A stretch of DNA of 64,000 bases from Alphaproteobacteria bacterium (GCA_965214705.1 OZ243972.1:2688001-2752000); one strand, 5' to 3'; positions 39,355 through 49,984 are shown, counted from the stretch's first letter. The notes: generated by a model not told the origin, from the letters alone. Program-made: numbers and translations.

Positions 39355-40509
39355 CTAACCTGCGACCTCGGCGATCCTGCTCGCGATCCGGTTGGCGGCC
39401 GCCTTCACGGGGTCGTTGGCCAGGTGCGCATAGCGCGAGGTCGTCGTCACCCTGTTGTGCCCAAGGAGCTTGCCGATCATCGGAAGCCCTTCACCGACCA
39501 GCAGGCCGCCACTGGCAAAGGAATGCCTGAGGTCGTGGATTCGCAGATTCTCGATCCCTGCACGGTCGAGAATGCGGCGCCATGAGTCGTGCAGGTAGGC
39601 GATATGCTTGCCACCCCTGATGCCCGGCAACACCCACGGACTGCCGTCTGCGCGCGGGATGCCCCGCAGCACTGCGATCGCCGGATCGCCCAGGTGCACC
39701 ACCTTCGATCCGGTCTTGCTCTCCGGCAACCTGAGCTCGCCTGACTCAAGATCGACGTGCTCCCACCGCAGGCTCATGATCTCCCCGCTCCGGCACCCGG
39801 TCAGCATCAGCAAGCGTATCGCGGCGATCGCCACCGGGGAGACGAAGCCCTCCGCCTCCGCGTCACGAAGCGCGGCGCCGAGACGGCGGTACTCGTCGTC
39901 CGAGAGAAACCGCTCGCGCTTGTGCTCCGGATACTTCTTGACGTGCCGGCACGGATTGACGCCCTCGGGCCGCATCTCCCAAACCTCGGCGAGGGTCAGC
40001 ATGCGCGAGAGCACGCTCAGCGTCCGGTTGGCATGGCCGGGGACGTCGCGCATCTCGTGGTGAAGAGCGGCGACGTCGTTCTTGCCGAGATCGCCGACCC
40101 TGCGCTTGCCGAGACGGGGAAGGATGCGGTTGTCGATGATCTTGCGGTAGAGCCGCGCGGTGCCGGGCTTCAGATGGGCAGGGGCGTACTCCTCCATGAA
40201 GCGCTTGGCGAGGTCTGCCACGGTGGCGCCTCTCTTGCCGCGGGGGATCTTCCCTTCGAGATCGCGGCCGGTCTTCGCGAGGGTGACGATTTCCGCTGCC
40301 TTCGCCCGCGCGGCGGCAGGGGTGATGGGGCCGTGGGGTCCGATGGTGACTTTGACGGATCGTCCCTCGTGTCGGTACTTGACGATGTAGACCTTTCGCC
40401 CCGTCGGATGGACGCGGACCCCGAAGCCCTTTATGGCGTCGTCCCAGAGGACGCGCTCCCGCTCTTCGGGGGCGAGGGCATCGACGGTTCTCTTGGTGAT
40501 TTTCGGCAA
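39355..40509 (-). CDS. P4-like tyrosine integrase (probable island integrase)
   Basis: LWDDAIKGFGVRV, TGCRSGE, SKTG, HDLRHSFAS, LLGH, TSRY; TTG start assumed. Confidence 0.92.
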   Translation of the reverse strand: MPKITKRTVDALAPEERERVLWDDAIKGFGVRVHPTGRKVYIVKYRHEGRSVKVTIGPHGPITPAAARAKAAEIVTLAKTGRDLEGKIPRGKRGATVADLAKRFMEEYAPAHLKPGTARLYRKIIDNRILPRLGKRRVGDLGKNDVAALHHEMRDVPGHANRTLSVLSRMLTLAEVWEMRPEGVNPCRHVKKYPEHKRERFLSDDEYRRLGAALRDAEAEGFVSPVAIAAIRLLMLTGCRSGEIMSLRWEHVDLESGELRLPESKTGSKVVHLGDPAIAVLRGIPRADGSPWVLPGIRGGKHIAYLHDSWRRILDRAGIENLRIHDLRHSFASGGLLVGEGLPMIGKLLGHNRVTTTSRYAHLANDPVKAAANRIASRIAEVAG

Positions 40510-40890
40510 GGTGCTGATCTTTCCTGCTGGTTCCGGGCGCCATATAGGTACCCGCAGAACGCGAACCGGAGCGTACGATATCGTATTCCTGTCCGCAAGA
40601 GGATGTCCATAAAGCACTGACGTGAGTAAAATATCGTATCTCTCTCGTCGTCTAGGGGCATATTCCCAATACTATGGTGCGGTGCACGGCGCCCTGTGTG
40701 CGCGCCAGGATCGTTCCATGCAGCGTGCCAACGAGCAGACCCCCGAAGGGCGCCAGCCATCCCGAGGCATCCCTGCTATCCCGCTTAATCCCGGCGAATT
40801 CCGGAAGAAATTAAGGTTTGCTGGACTGGGACGGCCGAACTGAACTGCGACTGTGGTGAGATTCTCGGCCCGGTACGGCCGTTCGCGGCC

Positions 40891-42054
40891 TTACTCCGCA
40901 GCGGCCCGTGCCGGCGCCGGAACATCCATGTTGAAGAGGCGGGCGCAGTTGAGCCCCACCACGTTCGCCTTGGTCTCGTCGTCCACGTTGGCGAGGACGC
41001 GGTTCAGGACCTCGTGGCTGTGAGGGAAGGTGTTGCGCGGGTGGGGGAAGTCGGAGCCCCACATGACCTGCGTGGGGCCTGCGACATCGAAGGCGCGGTC
41101 CGCGAACTTGTCGTCCACGAAGCTGTGCCAGACCTGCGTGTGCAGATATTCCTGCACGGACTTCTTCACCGGTGTGACCTTGAGCGAGTTCGCCACCGCG
41201 CCCTGAAGCTGCTGGGTGCGGAACAGGAACCAGGGCAGCCAGCAGATCTCGTACTCGCCGAGGATCAGCTTCAGCTTGGGGTGACGGTCGAAGATGCCGC
41301 CGAAGATGAACTCGTTGGCGAGGATGGGCCCGGCATCGGAGAAGAGCTCGAGCCAGAGCCGCGCCACGTCGCCGCGCTCGTGATCGTGGATGATGGTGAA
41401 GGGGTCGCGCATGCGGCCGGCGACGATGTGGATCGTCACCGGAATGTCGAGGTCCGCCGCCGCCGCCCAGAGCCGATCGTAGTAGGGGTCGCGATAGGGC
41501 GGCATGTGCGGCTTCACGTCGGTGTAGATGAAGACGGTGCGCACGCCCTTCTTGGCCAGCCGTTCGAGCTCGGCCACGGCCCAGTCGACATCGTCGGGCG
41601 GCAGCATGCCGGAGGCGAGCAGGCGCTTCGGGTCGTGGCTGCAATACTCGACGATCCAGTCGTTGTAGACTTGGCAGACGTCCTGCACGAGCTGCGGATG
41701 CTCGATCCGCATGCAGAGCAGCGCGAAGGTCGAGTTGACGATTTCGGCCTGAACGCCGTCCATCTCCATCAGCTCCAGACGAAGCGCCGGGTCCTGGTTG
41801 GAGCGGTTCACCTTGTCGGCGAGTTCGGGGTCCATGGCCGAGGATTGCTCGGTGGAATCCGCCGCGTCCTCCGGCTCGACCACGCCGAGGTCGATGTAGT
41901 CGTAGCCGAAGAAGTAGTAGTTGCCGGGGATACCGTCGTAGCGGTCGACGACGCGCGGGACTTTGTCGCCCCACTTATTGCCGAGCGCCTTTTCCCACAG
42001 GTCGAGCGGCTCGATGATGTGGGAATCGGCAGAAATTACATAGTCCAGGCTCAT
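40891..42054 (-). CDS. Amidohydrolase_2 family protein
   Basis: ISADSH, TIH, FDRHPKLK, WGSDFPH. Confidence 0.9.
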   Translation of the reverse strand: MSLDYVISADSHIIEPLDLWEKALGNKWGDKVPRVVDRYDGIPGNYYFFGYDYIDLGVVEPEDAADSTEQSSAMDPELADKVNRSNQDPALRLELMEMDGVQAEIVNSTFALLCMRIEHPQLVQDVCQVYNDWIVEYCSHDPKRLLASGMLPPDDVDWAVAELERLAKKGVRTVFIYTDVKPHMPPYRDPYYDRLWAAAADLDIPVTIHIVAGRMRDPFTIIHDHERGDVARLWLELFSDAGPILANEFIFGGIFDRHPKLKLILGEYEICWLPWFLFRTQQLQGAVANSLKVTPVKKSVQEYLHTQVWHSFVDDKFADRAFDVAGPTQVMWGSDFPHPRNTFPHSHEVLNRVLANVDDETKANVVGLNCARLFNMDVPAPARAAAE

Positions 42055-42082
42055 CGTCGTTCCTCTCTGGCTCGCGGGCGGC

Positions 42083-43060
42083 TCAGGCGTGGAAGGGCCT
42101 TTGCTCCGGCGGCGCGGCCGCGGCCTGCGCGAAGTCGCAGTTGCGGGTTGCGTAGAATTCGACCAGGAAGCCGTCCGGATCGCGCAGATAGAAGCTCCGC
42201 TTGGTGCCGCTGTCGATCGTCGCCACGGTCGGGATGTCCCGCGCGGCCAATGCCGCCTCGGCGTCAACGACTTGGGCTTCGTCCGCCATTTCGCACGAGA
42301 AGTGATGGCAGCCGTTCTCCAGGCCGTCAGCCCTGGCAAAGAGGGCGCAGTGGAAGTCGGGCGTGGGCGCCGTGCCCCGCAGATAGGCGTAAGCGCCGTC
42401 GGGCGCCATGTAGGCCACATCCAGGCCCGCGAAGTCGGTGTAGAAGCCGAGCGAGCGCGCGACATCCTCCACCACCATCACCGCGCGCGTGGTGCGCAGC
42501 GGATGGACCGGCGCGCCCTCGACGCGCTGGTAGTCAGGCGCGCGCTGCCACTTGGGCTCTGCGCTCGGTGCCTCGGCCGCCGGGTCCCAACGGGCGGAGA
42601 TGTTGGGGATGGGACCGCCGGTGAAGACCGAGCGCCAGTCGTGCATCACGTCGGCGTAGAACTCGTGGAAGATGCCGTCGGGGTCGGGCACGTAGAAGGA
42701 GTGCGAGAAGGTGTGGTCGATGGTGAGGTAGTCCTGGCAGCCGGACGCGACCGCGCGCTCGATCGCGGCCACCAGCGCCGCTTCGTTATCGACCTCCCAG
42801 CCGAGATGGTTGAGGCCCGTCTCCTGAAAGCCCTCCTCGATGATCACCTCGCCGTCGCGGCCACGGAAGGGGCGGTCGATCTCCACCATGCCGACATCGT
42901 GATGGCTGTTGCCGTTGGAGACGAAGCCCGCCCCGGTGCCGACCTCGATGCCGACCTCCTCGAAGCCGCAGATCTTCTCGAAGAACGCGACCGAGCGGTC
43001 GAGGTTCCGCACGCTGACATTCGCGTGGCCGAGCCTGCGCACGCCGAAGTTCACCGTCAT
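42083..43060 (-). CDS. VOC-family (extradiol dioxygenase-like) protein
   Basis: RLGHAN, HHDVG, NHLGW, YVPDPDG..E; second VOC pair. Confidence 0.85.
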   Translation of the reverse strand: MTVNFGVRRLGHANVSVRNLDRSVAFFEKICGFEEVGIEVGTGAGFVSNGNSHHDVGMVEIDRPFRGRDGEVIIEEGFQETGLNHLGWEVDNEAALVAAIERAVASGCQDYLTIDHTFSHSFYVPDPDGIFHEFYADVMHDWRSVFTGGPIPNISARWDPAAEAPSAEPKWQRAPDYQRVEGAPVHPLRTTRAVMVVEDVARSLGFYTDFAGLDVAYMAPDGAYAYLRGTAPTPDFHCALFARADGLENGCHHFSCEMADEAQVVDAEAALAARDIPTVATIDSGTKRSFYLRDPDGFLVEFYATRNCDFAQAAAAPPEQRPFHA

Positions 43061-43166
43061 CGCCTGCGCCCCTCCCTGCCGACTTTGACCGGACGAAAAC
43101 GGTATAGGGTGCGCATGGCACCGTCAATTTTGGGCGGCGCGCAAGCCGTTGCGGTAGCGGGTGCTC

Positions 43167-44915
43167 CTATTCAACGCCTGACCCGCGAAGGGCGGCGGTG
43201 GCGGCCTCGTCGAGGGTGCCGCTGGCGGAAACAGCGACGGCGTAATCCCGCCGGGCGGCTTCGGGCGAAACCAGGTCGTTCCGTACATCGGCCGCCACGT
43301 CGTCTGCGGCGCGGTGGCAGGGGTCGCCGTAGCCGGCGCCGCCGGGGAGCACCAGCTTGAGGCGCTGGCCCGGCGGGATCGTCTGCTGACCCTTGCCACG
43401 CAGCTTGGTGCCGTCGTCGAGCGCGATGGTGCCCGGCGCGCCGTCGAGCCCGCCGCCCCGGCCGCGCGCGGGGTTGTCGATGCGCTCGAACTGCGCGAGC
43501 ACGCTGAAGGGCGCGCCGTCCGCGCCGCCGATCTCCATCACCTGGCCGACTCCGCCGCGCAACAGGCCGGCGCCGCCGGTATCCTGCGCGAGCTCTTTCC
43601 GCCAGATAACGATGGGCGCCACCGTCTCAGTGGCCTCGGCCGGTATGGTGCGCACGCCGCTGGGGAAGGCGGTCGCGGAGAGGCCGTCCTTGGTCGGCCG
43701 CGCGCCGGCGCCGCCCGAGTTGAACAGCGCCACCTCGAACTCCGGCGGATCGAACGCCGCGTTGCGCCGGGCCTCGCTGTCGATGGCGGTCGCGCCGCCG
43801 CGCAGCTGCACGATCCAGAGCGAGGCCGCGCCCTCCGCCGGCACCCGCTCGGGGATCGCCTGATGCAGGCAGCCGAACACCAGGTCGGGCAGCATGTGAC
43901 CGATGACGTGGCGGGCGGCGACCGGCCAGGGCCTGGGCACGTTGAGGATCGAGCCTTCCGGCGCCGAGACGGTGAGCGGCGCGAGCGAGCCCGCGTTGTT
44001 CGGGATGTCCTTGGCCACGATGCACTTGAGGCCGAAGCTCGTGTAGGCGGTGGTGTAGTTGAGCACCACGTTGATGCCGTGGTTGCTGGCGGGCGAGGTG
44101 CCGGTGAAATCGACGTGGATGCCGTCGCCCGAGATGGTCATGGCGGCGGCCAGCGTGATCGTCTCGTCGTAGCCATCCATGGTGAGCGTGTTGCGATAAG
44201 TGCCCTTGGGCAGCTCGGCGATAGCGTTGAGCGTCGCCGTGCGCGAGCGCTCGATGATCTCCTCGCCCAACGCGTCGAGGTCGGTCAGCCCGAACTCGTC
44301 CATCATGGCGAGCAGACGGTCCGCGCCCGCCCGGTTGCAGGCGATGAGCGAGTGGACGTCGCCTTCGAGCTGGAGCGGTTCGCGCACGTTCCAGCGCACC
44401 ATCTCCAGCAGGTCCTCGTTGATGCGGCCCTCGCGCACGAGCGGCATGATCGGGATATAGAGCCCTTCCTCGAACACCGAACGCGCGTCCGGTCCGAAGC
44501 CGCGGCCGCCGATGTCCACCACGTGCGCCGTGCAGGCGAAGGAGCCGATGATCCGGCCCTCGCGGAACACCGGAGTCACTACGGTGAGGTCGTGCAGGTG
44601 GCCGCAGGTGAGCCACGGGTCGTTGGTGATGTAGACGTCGCCTTCGCGCATGACCTCGTTGGGGTAGCGGGCGAGGAAGTGCTGAACCGCGATGGCCATC
44701 GAGTTGACGTGGCCGGGCGTGCCGGTGACCGCCTGGGCGAGCATGCGGCCCTTGGTGTCGAAGACGCCGGCGGAGAGATCGCCGGCCTCGCGCACCGTGG
44801 TACTGAAGGCGGTGCGCAGCAGCGTCTGCGCCTGCTCCTCGACCACCGAGATCAGGCGGTTCCACATGATCTGCGTCTGGATCTGGGCGAGGCCGGATTG
44901 GGTGTTGCCGTTCAT
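43167..44915 (-). CDS. Hydantoinase B/oxoprolinase subunit
   Basis: RTAFS..VREAGD, NDPW..GHLHD, HVVDIGG, PGGAGYG. Confidence 0.93.
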   Translation of the reverse strand: MNGNTQSGLAQIQTQIMWNRLISVVEEQAQTLLRTAFSTTVREAGDLSAGVFDTKGRMLAQAVTGTPGHVNSMAIAVQHFLARYPNEVMREGDVYITNDPWLTCGHLHDLTVVTPVFREGRIIGSFACTAHVVDIGGRGFGPDARSVFEEGLYIPIMPLVREGRINEDLLEMVRWNVREPLQLEGDVHSLIACNRAGADRLLAMMDEFGLTDLDALGEEIIERSRTATLNAIAELPKGTYRNTLTMDGYDETITLAAAMTISGDGIHVDFTGTSPASNHGINVVLNYTTAYTSFGLKCIVAKDIPNNAGSLAPLTVSAPEGSILNVPRPWPVAARHVIGHMLPDLVFGCLHQAIPERVPAEGAASLWIVQLRGGATAIDSEARRNAAFDPPEFEVALFNSGGAGARPTKDGLSATAFPSGVRTIPAEATETVAPIVIWRKELAQDTGGAGLLRGGVGQVMEIGGADGAPFSVLAQFERIDNPARGRGGGLDGAPGTIALDDGTKLRGKGQQTIPPGQRLKLVLPGGAGYGDPCHRAADDVAADVRNDLVSPEAARRDYAVAVSASGTLDEAATAALRGSGVE

Positions 44916-47017
44916 GTGGCGTCCTCCCCTTGTGGTGGCCGGCGTTCCAGCACGATCGCGCCCAAGGCATCGACGGAGGCGGTGAACGCCGCGCTCACCA
45001 CTGCCGTGGTATCAGTCTCGACGATGAGCGCTGGCCCGTCCACCCGCGCGCCGGGGGCAAAATCCGCGCGCCGGTAAACCGCCGCCTCGACCACGTGGCC
45101 GCTCCCCGGGTCGAGCACGGGCCGCAGGCCACGCGCCGGCGGCGCCGCTGCTTCGGGGGACGGGGCGATGGGGGCGACGGCTTCCGGCACGGCGCTCACG
45201 CCGACGGACCAGCTCACGATCTCGAGGTCGAGCTTGGGGATGATGCGCCCGTAGAGCGTCTCGTAGGCGGTCTCGAAGGCCTCGCGGATGATGGCGGTGT
45301 CCTCCCGCTCCCAGGTGCGGTTGGGCAGCGGCACGACCACCTCGTGCCCCTGGCCGAGATAGCGCATGTAGGCAGAACGGTACTCCCGTGTGGGCGCACC
45401 CGGTGCTCCTCGCGCAACGATGGCGGCGGCCTCGTCGCGCATCTCCTCCAGCACGCGATTGGTCAGCTCGGGGTTGAAGGCGCTCACCACCTGATAGGCG
45501 CTGCGCACCACCTCGTAGGCGACCGGCGCGCGGAGGAAGCCGATGGCAGAGCCCACCGCCGCGGCGGTCGGGATCAGGACGCAGTCCATGTCGAGTTTTT
45601 CTGCGAGCCGTGCGGCGTGCAGGGGCGCCGCGCCGCCGAACGCGATCATGGTGCGCTCGCCGAGCGTGGCGCCGATCTCGATGGCGTGAACCCGCGCCGC
45701 ACTCGCCATGTTCTCGCCGACCATCTCGCTGACCCCGAGGGCGGCCACCTGCGGCTCCAGATCGAGCGGCGCGCCGATCGCGGAGGAGAGCGCGTCGGTC
45801 GATGCCTGCTCGTCGAGCGCGATGCGCCCGCCCGAGAACTCGGCGGGGTCGATGCGCCCCATCACCAGATCGGCGTCGGTCACCGTGGGCTCCGCGCCGC
45901 CCTGGCCGTAGCAGGCCGGGCCCGGCTGGGCGCCGGCGCTTTCCGGCCCCACCGCGATGCGGCCGAGGCGATCCACGACCGCGATGGAGCCACCGCCCGC
46001 GCCGATCTCCACCATCTCGATTACCGGGATGCGGAGCGGCAGGCCGCTGCCCTTGAGGAAGCGATGGGCGCGGGCGACCTCGAAGGCCCGCGTTGTCTGC
46101 GGCTGGGCATCGTCGATCAGGCAGATCTTGGCTGTGGTGCCGCCCATGTCGAAGGAGAGAACGCGATCGAGCCCGCATTGGCGCGCGACGTGGCTCGCGA
46201 AGACGGCGCCGCCCACCGGCCCGGATTCGACGAGGCGGATGGGAAAGCGGATCGCCGTTCCGATGTCGGCGACACCTCCACCGGACAGCATGACGAAGAG
46301 CGGGCAAGCGAAACCGGACTCGCGCAGGCCGTCCTCCAGATTGCGCAGGTAGCGCGCCATGACCGGCTGCACGTAAGCATTGGCGCAGGCGGTCGAGAAG
46401 CGCTCGTACTCGCGCATCTCCGGCGCGACCTCGGAGGAAAGCGTGATCGCGAGGTCCGGCAGCGCCTTGCTCAAGATGTCGCGCACGCGGCGCTCGTGCG
46501 CCGGGTTGACGTAGGAGTGCAGGAGGCCGATCGCCGCGCTCTCGATGCCTTCGGCGGCGAGCTCGGCGGCCGTGGCTTCGACCGCCGCCTCGTCGAGCGG
46601 CAGGATCGGATCGCCCGCCGCGTTGAGCCGTTCGGGAATGGGGAAGCGCCATTGCCGCGGCACCAGCGGCACCGGCTTCTCCATGTCGATGTCGTACTGC
46701 TCGAAGCGGCTCTCCGTCCCCATCTCGATGGAATCGCGGAACCCTTCGGTGGTGATGAGCGCCGTGCGCGCGCCTTTGCGCTCGATCATCGCGTTGGTGG
46801 CGAGCGTGGTGCCGTGGATGACGAGCGCCACCTCGTGCGGGGCGACGCCGCATGATTTCATCGCCTGCGCCAAGCCCTGGCGCACGCCCTCCTCGGGCGC
46901 GTCGGGCGTCGTCAGCACCTTCGCCGTGAACCGGTCAGGTCCGCGCTCCAGCACGATATCCGTGAAGGTGCCGCCGATATCGACGCCGATCCGAACCTCT
47001 GCGTCCGCTTCCGCCAT
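44912..47017 (-). CDS. Hydantoinase A/oxoprolinase subunit
   Basis: DIGGTFTD, HGTTLATN, ESGP, DMGGTT, GAGGGS. Confidence 0.93.
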   Translation of the reverse strand: MAEADAEVRIGVDIGGTFTDIVLERGPDRFTAKVLTTPDAPEEGVRQGLAQAMKSCGVAPHEVALVIHGTTLATNAMIERKGARTALITTEGFRDSIEMGTESRFEQYDIDMEKPVPLVPRQWRFPIPERLNAAGDPILPLDEAAVEATAAELAAEGIESAAIGLLHSYVNPAHERRVRDILSKALPDLAITLSSEVAPEMREYERFSTACANAYVQPVMARYLRNLEDGLRESGFACPLFVMLSGGGVADIGTAIRFPIRLVESGPVGGAVFASHVARQCGLDRVLSFDMGGTTAKICLIDDAQPQTTRAFEVARAHRFLKGSGLPLRIPVIEMVEIGAGGGSIAVVDRLGRIAVGPESAGAQPGPACYGQGGAEPTVTDADLVMGRIDPAEFSGGRIALDEQASTDALSSAIGAPLDLEPQVAALGVSEMVGENMASAARVHAIEIGATLGERTMIAFGGAAPLHAARLAEKLDMDCVLIPTAAAVGSAIGFLRAPVAYEVVRSAYQVVSAFNPELTNRVLEEMRDEAAAIVARGAPGAPTREYRSAYMRYLGQGHEVVVPLPNRTWEREDTAIIREAFETAYETLYGRIIPKLDLEIVSWSVGVSAVPEAVAPIAPSPEAAAPPARGLRPVLDPGSGHVVEAAVYRRADFAPGARVDGPALIVETDTTAVVSAAFTASVDALGAIVLERRPPQGEDAT

Positions 47018-47081
47018 GACTTACCTGCGTTCAAAGTGTTGGATTACACGATTTGAGAGGATTGATTCCCGCGACCTGGCG

Positions 47082-49847
47082 TCAATGGGCGTCGGCCCAG
47101 CTGGTACCGGTGCCGATGTCGACGGTGAGCGGCACATCGAGATGGGCGGCGCTCTCCATCACCTGGGTGACGATAGTGCCGGTCTCCTCGACCTCCGCCT
47201 CCGGCACCTCGAAGACCAGCTCGTCGTGCACCTGGAGCAGCATCCGCGCGCCCAGGCCTTCGGCCTTCAGCGCACCCTGCATCGGGATCATCGCGCGCTT
47301 GATGACGTCGGCCGCGGCTCCCTGGATCGGCGCATTGATCGCCGCCCGCTCCGAGAACGCCCGGCGCGCCGGGTTGCGGTCGTTGATCCCCGGCAGCCGG
47401 CTCTTGCGCCCGAAAAGCGTGGTCACGAAGCCTTCCGCATGGGCCACCTTCTTGGTGCGTTCCATGTAGTCCTTGATGCCGGGATACTGCGTGAAATAGG
47501 CCTCTATAAGTCGCTTGGCCTCGGCCTGGGGGACGCCGATCTGGCGTGCCAGACCGAAGGCGCTGATGCCGTAGATGATCCCGAAGTTGATCGCCTTGGC
47601 CGAACGACGAACCATCGGGTCCATGCCCTCCAGCGGCAGGTCGAACACCTGGCTCGCAGTCAGCGCGTGGATGTCGGTCCCATCGCGAAACGCATCCTTG
47701 AGCGCCTCGACGTCGGCGACGTGGGCGAGGATGCGAAGCTCAATCTGCGAATAGTCGGCGGAGAGCAGCACATGGCCTGGCGCTGCGACGAAGGCGCGGC
47801 GGATGCGCCGGCCTTCCTCGGTGCGGATCGGGATGTTCTGCAGATTGGGATCGTTGGAGGAGAGCCTGCCCGTGTTGGCGGCGGTCATCGTGTAGGTGGT
47901 GTGGACGCGCCGGGTTCGGGGATCGATGTGCTCGACCAGCGCATCCGTGTAGGTGCTCTTGAGCTTGGTGAGCTGACGCCAGTCCAGCACCCGCGCTGGC
48001 AGGTCGTGACCCTGGGCCGCGAGCTCCTCAAGGATGTCGGCGCCGGTGCTGTAGGCGCCTGACTTGCCCTTGCGTCCGCCCTGGAGCCCCATCTCCTCGA
48101 ACAGCACCTCGCCTAGCTGCTTGGGCGAGCCAATGGTGAAGGGATGGCCGGCGAGGGCGTGAATCTCACTCTCTAGTGTGTCGATCCGACTGGCGAAGTT
48201 CTCGGACAGCGCGACGAGTTCGCCTTGGTCGACTAGAATGCCGGCCGATTCCATTTGCGCGAGCACGGCAATCAGCGGGCGCTCGATCCGCTCGAAGACC
48301 GTCGTGAGGCGGTCGGCGACGAGACGCGGGCGGATGACCCGGTGGAGACGGAGGGCAATGTCGGCATGGGCTGCCGCGGTATCCCGCAACGCCTCCGGCG
48401 AGACCGCGTCGACGGAAACCTTGTTGCGCCCGCTGCCGAGCACGTCAGCCAACGTTGGCGCCGCGCGGTCGAGGTGGATGCGGGTGAGATCATCGAGCGC
48501 GTGGTTGTGCAGGCTGCCGTCGAGCACCCAGGACGCGAGCATCGGGTCGTCGATCGGGCCGACTGCGCCGTTCTCCCGCGTCAGCAGACGCAGGGTGCGC
48601 TTTATGTCGAGTCCGACCTTGAGCACACCCGGCTCGGCCAGCACGGGTGCGAGGATGGCGCGTGCCTCGTCAGGAGTCAGCTGAGCGACCGCCTGCTCGG
48701 CCCCGATCAGGTCGGGACCTGCGTGGCCCAAGGGCACGTAGCAAGCCTCGCCGGGTGCGGTGCCGAGTGCGAGACCGACGAGGCCGGCCCCCTCCGCCGA
48801 TCCGTCAGCCACGAATGGCTCCAGCGCCAGCACGCCGCTCGCGCGGGCCTTATCCGCCCAACCAGCGAGCGTGTCGGCATTGGTCACCAGCGGATAGGTG
48901 TCAGGGAGGGGGGCCGTCTCCTCCGGTTCCGCCTCCTCCTCGGCCAACGTCGACTCTCCGTCATCGGGGTCGAGCCGGGCAGCGATCGATCGGAATCCAT
49001 TTTCCTGGAAGAAGGCACGTAGCGCGCCCGGCTCGGGTTGCCGACGTGCGAGCGCCTCCAGCGGCATCGGCAGAGGCGCATCCCGACGCAGCGTCACAAG
49101 ATCGCGCGAGACGCGCGCCATCTCTGCATGCTCGATCAGGTTCTGGCGCCGCTTGGGCTGCTTGATCTCTTCTGCGCGCTCCAAAAGTTGGTCGAGGTCG
49201 CCGTAATCGTTGATGAGCTGCGCCGCCGTCTTGACACCGATGCCGGGAATGCCCGGCACATTGTCGGTGCTGTCGCCTGCGAGCGCCTGCACGTCGATTA
49301 CCCGCTCGGGCCCAACGCCGAAGCGTTCGTGCACCTGTTCCGGGCCGATCTCGCGATTCTTGAAGTAGTCGTACATGACCACGGCGTCGCCCTCGACGAG
49401 CTGCATCAGGTCCTTGTCGGCGGAGACGATGGTGACCCGCGCGCCCTCCGCCCGCGCAGCGTCGGCATAGGCCGCGATCAGATCGTCCGCCTCGAAGCCC
49501 TCGAGTTCGATCGACGCCAGGTTGAAGGCGGCTGCGGCCTCGCGCACGAGCGGGAACTGCGGGATCAGCTCCTCCGGCGTCTCACCCCGGTTTGCCTTGT
49601 AGGGCTCATAGATTTCGTTGCGGAAGGTAAGCCGCGCGGTGTCGAAGATCACCGCAGCGTGGTCCGCGTCGGTCTCGCGCAAAATCTTCCAGAGCATGTT
49701 GGAGAAGCCGAGCACCGCATTCACCGGCGTGCCGTCGGAGCGGGTCAACGGCGGCAACGCGTGGAACGCGCGAAAGATGAAACCCGAGCCGTCGATCAGG
49801 TAGAGGTGGCGCAGTTTGCTCGATTTGTCGGGGGCGACATCGTTCAC
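47082..49847 (-). CDS. polA: DNA polymerase I
   Basis: 5'-3' exo (IDGS, EADD, GDSTDN), DYSQIELR, KAINFGIIYG, QVHDE. Confidence 0.98.
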   Translation of the reverse strand: MNDVAPDKSSKLRHLYLIDGSGFIFRAFHALPPLTRSDGTPVNAVLGFSNMLWKILRETDADHAAVIFDTARLTFRNEIYEPYKANRGETPEELIPQFPLVREAAAAFNLASIELEGFEADDLIAAYADAARAEGARVTIVSADKDLMQLVEGDAVVMYDYFKNREIGPEQVHERFGVGPERVIDVQALAGDSTDNVPGIPGIGVKTAAQLINDYGDLDQLLERAEEIKQPKRRQNLIEHAEMARVSRDLVTLRRDAPLPMPLEALARRQPEPGALRAFFQENGFRSIAARLDPDDGESTLAEEEAEPEETAPLPDTYPLVTNADTLAGWADKARASGVLALEPFVADGSAEGAGLVGLALGTAPGEACYVPLGHAGPDLIGAEQAVAQLTPDEARAILAPVLAEPGVLKVGLDIKRTLRLLTRENGAVGPIDDPMLASWVLDGSLHNHALDDLTRIHLDRAAPTLADVLGSGRNKVSVDAVSPEALRDTAAAHADIALRLHRVIRPRLVADRLTTVFERIERPLIAVLAQMESAGILVDQGELVALSENFASRIDTLESEIHALAGHPFTIGSPKQLGEVLFEEMGLQGGRKGKSGAYSTGADILEELAAQGHDLPARVLDWRQLTKLKSTYTDALVEHIDPRTRRVHTTYTMTAANTGRLSSNDPNLQNIPIRTEEGRRIRRAFVAAPGHVLLSADYSQIELRILAHVADVEALKDAFRDGTDIHALTASQVFDLPLEGMDPMVRRSAKAINFGIIYGISAFGLARQIGVPQAEAKRLIEAYFTQYPGIKDYMERTKKVAHAEGFVTTLFGRKSRLPGINDRNPARRAFSERAAINAPIQGAAADVIKRAMIPMQGALKAEGLGARMLLQVHDELVFEVPEAEVEETGTIVTQVMESAAHLDVPLTVDIGTGTSWADAH

Positions 49848-49984
49848 GATCGGTGCTCCGTCTCCTGGATGGACGCGGGGTGCTCTTGCGGTGGGCGGTG
49901 CGCGCCACTATGCCACGCGGGCCGGCCCCCGCACAGCAGGCCGGCGGACGCCCGCCACCAACCGCCGGCAATCGAGACCCGCCC

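Larger units (their letters stand above)
1..40860. mobile_element. Integrative mobilisable island (IME/ICE remnant), left boundary outside window, right boundary approximate
   Basis: P4-like integrase at right edge, excisionase-like HTH, T4CP + MOBF relaxase, ssb/primase, defence cargo, nested IS/RIT; metabolic and housekeeping genes resume at 40891. No att repeat identified. Confidence 0.75.

Noticed and set aside
40510-40890. attR matching tRNA-Leu or tRNA-Ser 3' ends
   Set aside because: No matching sequence found by eye
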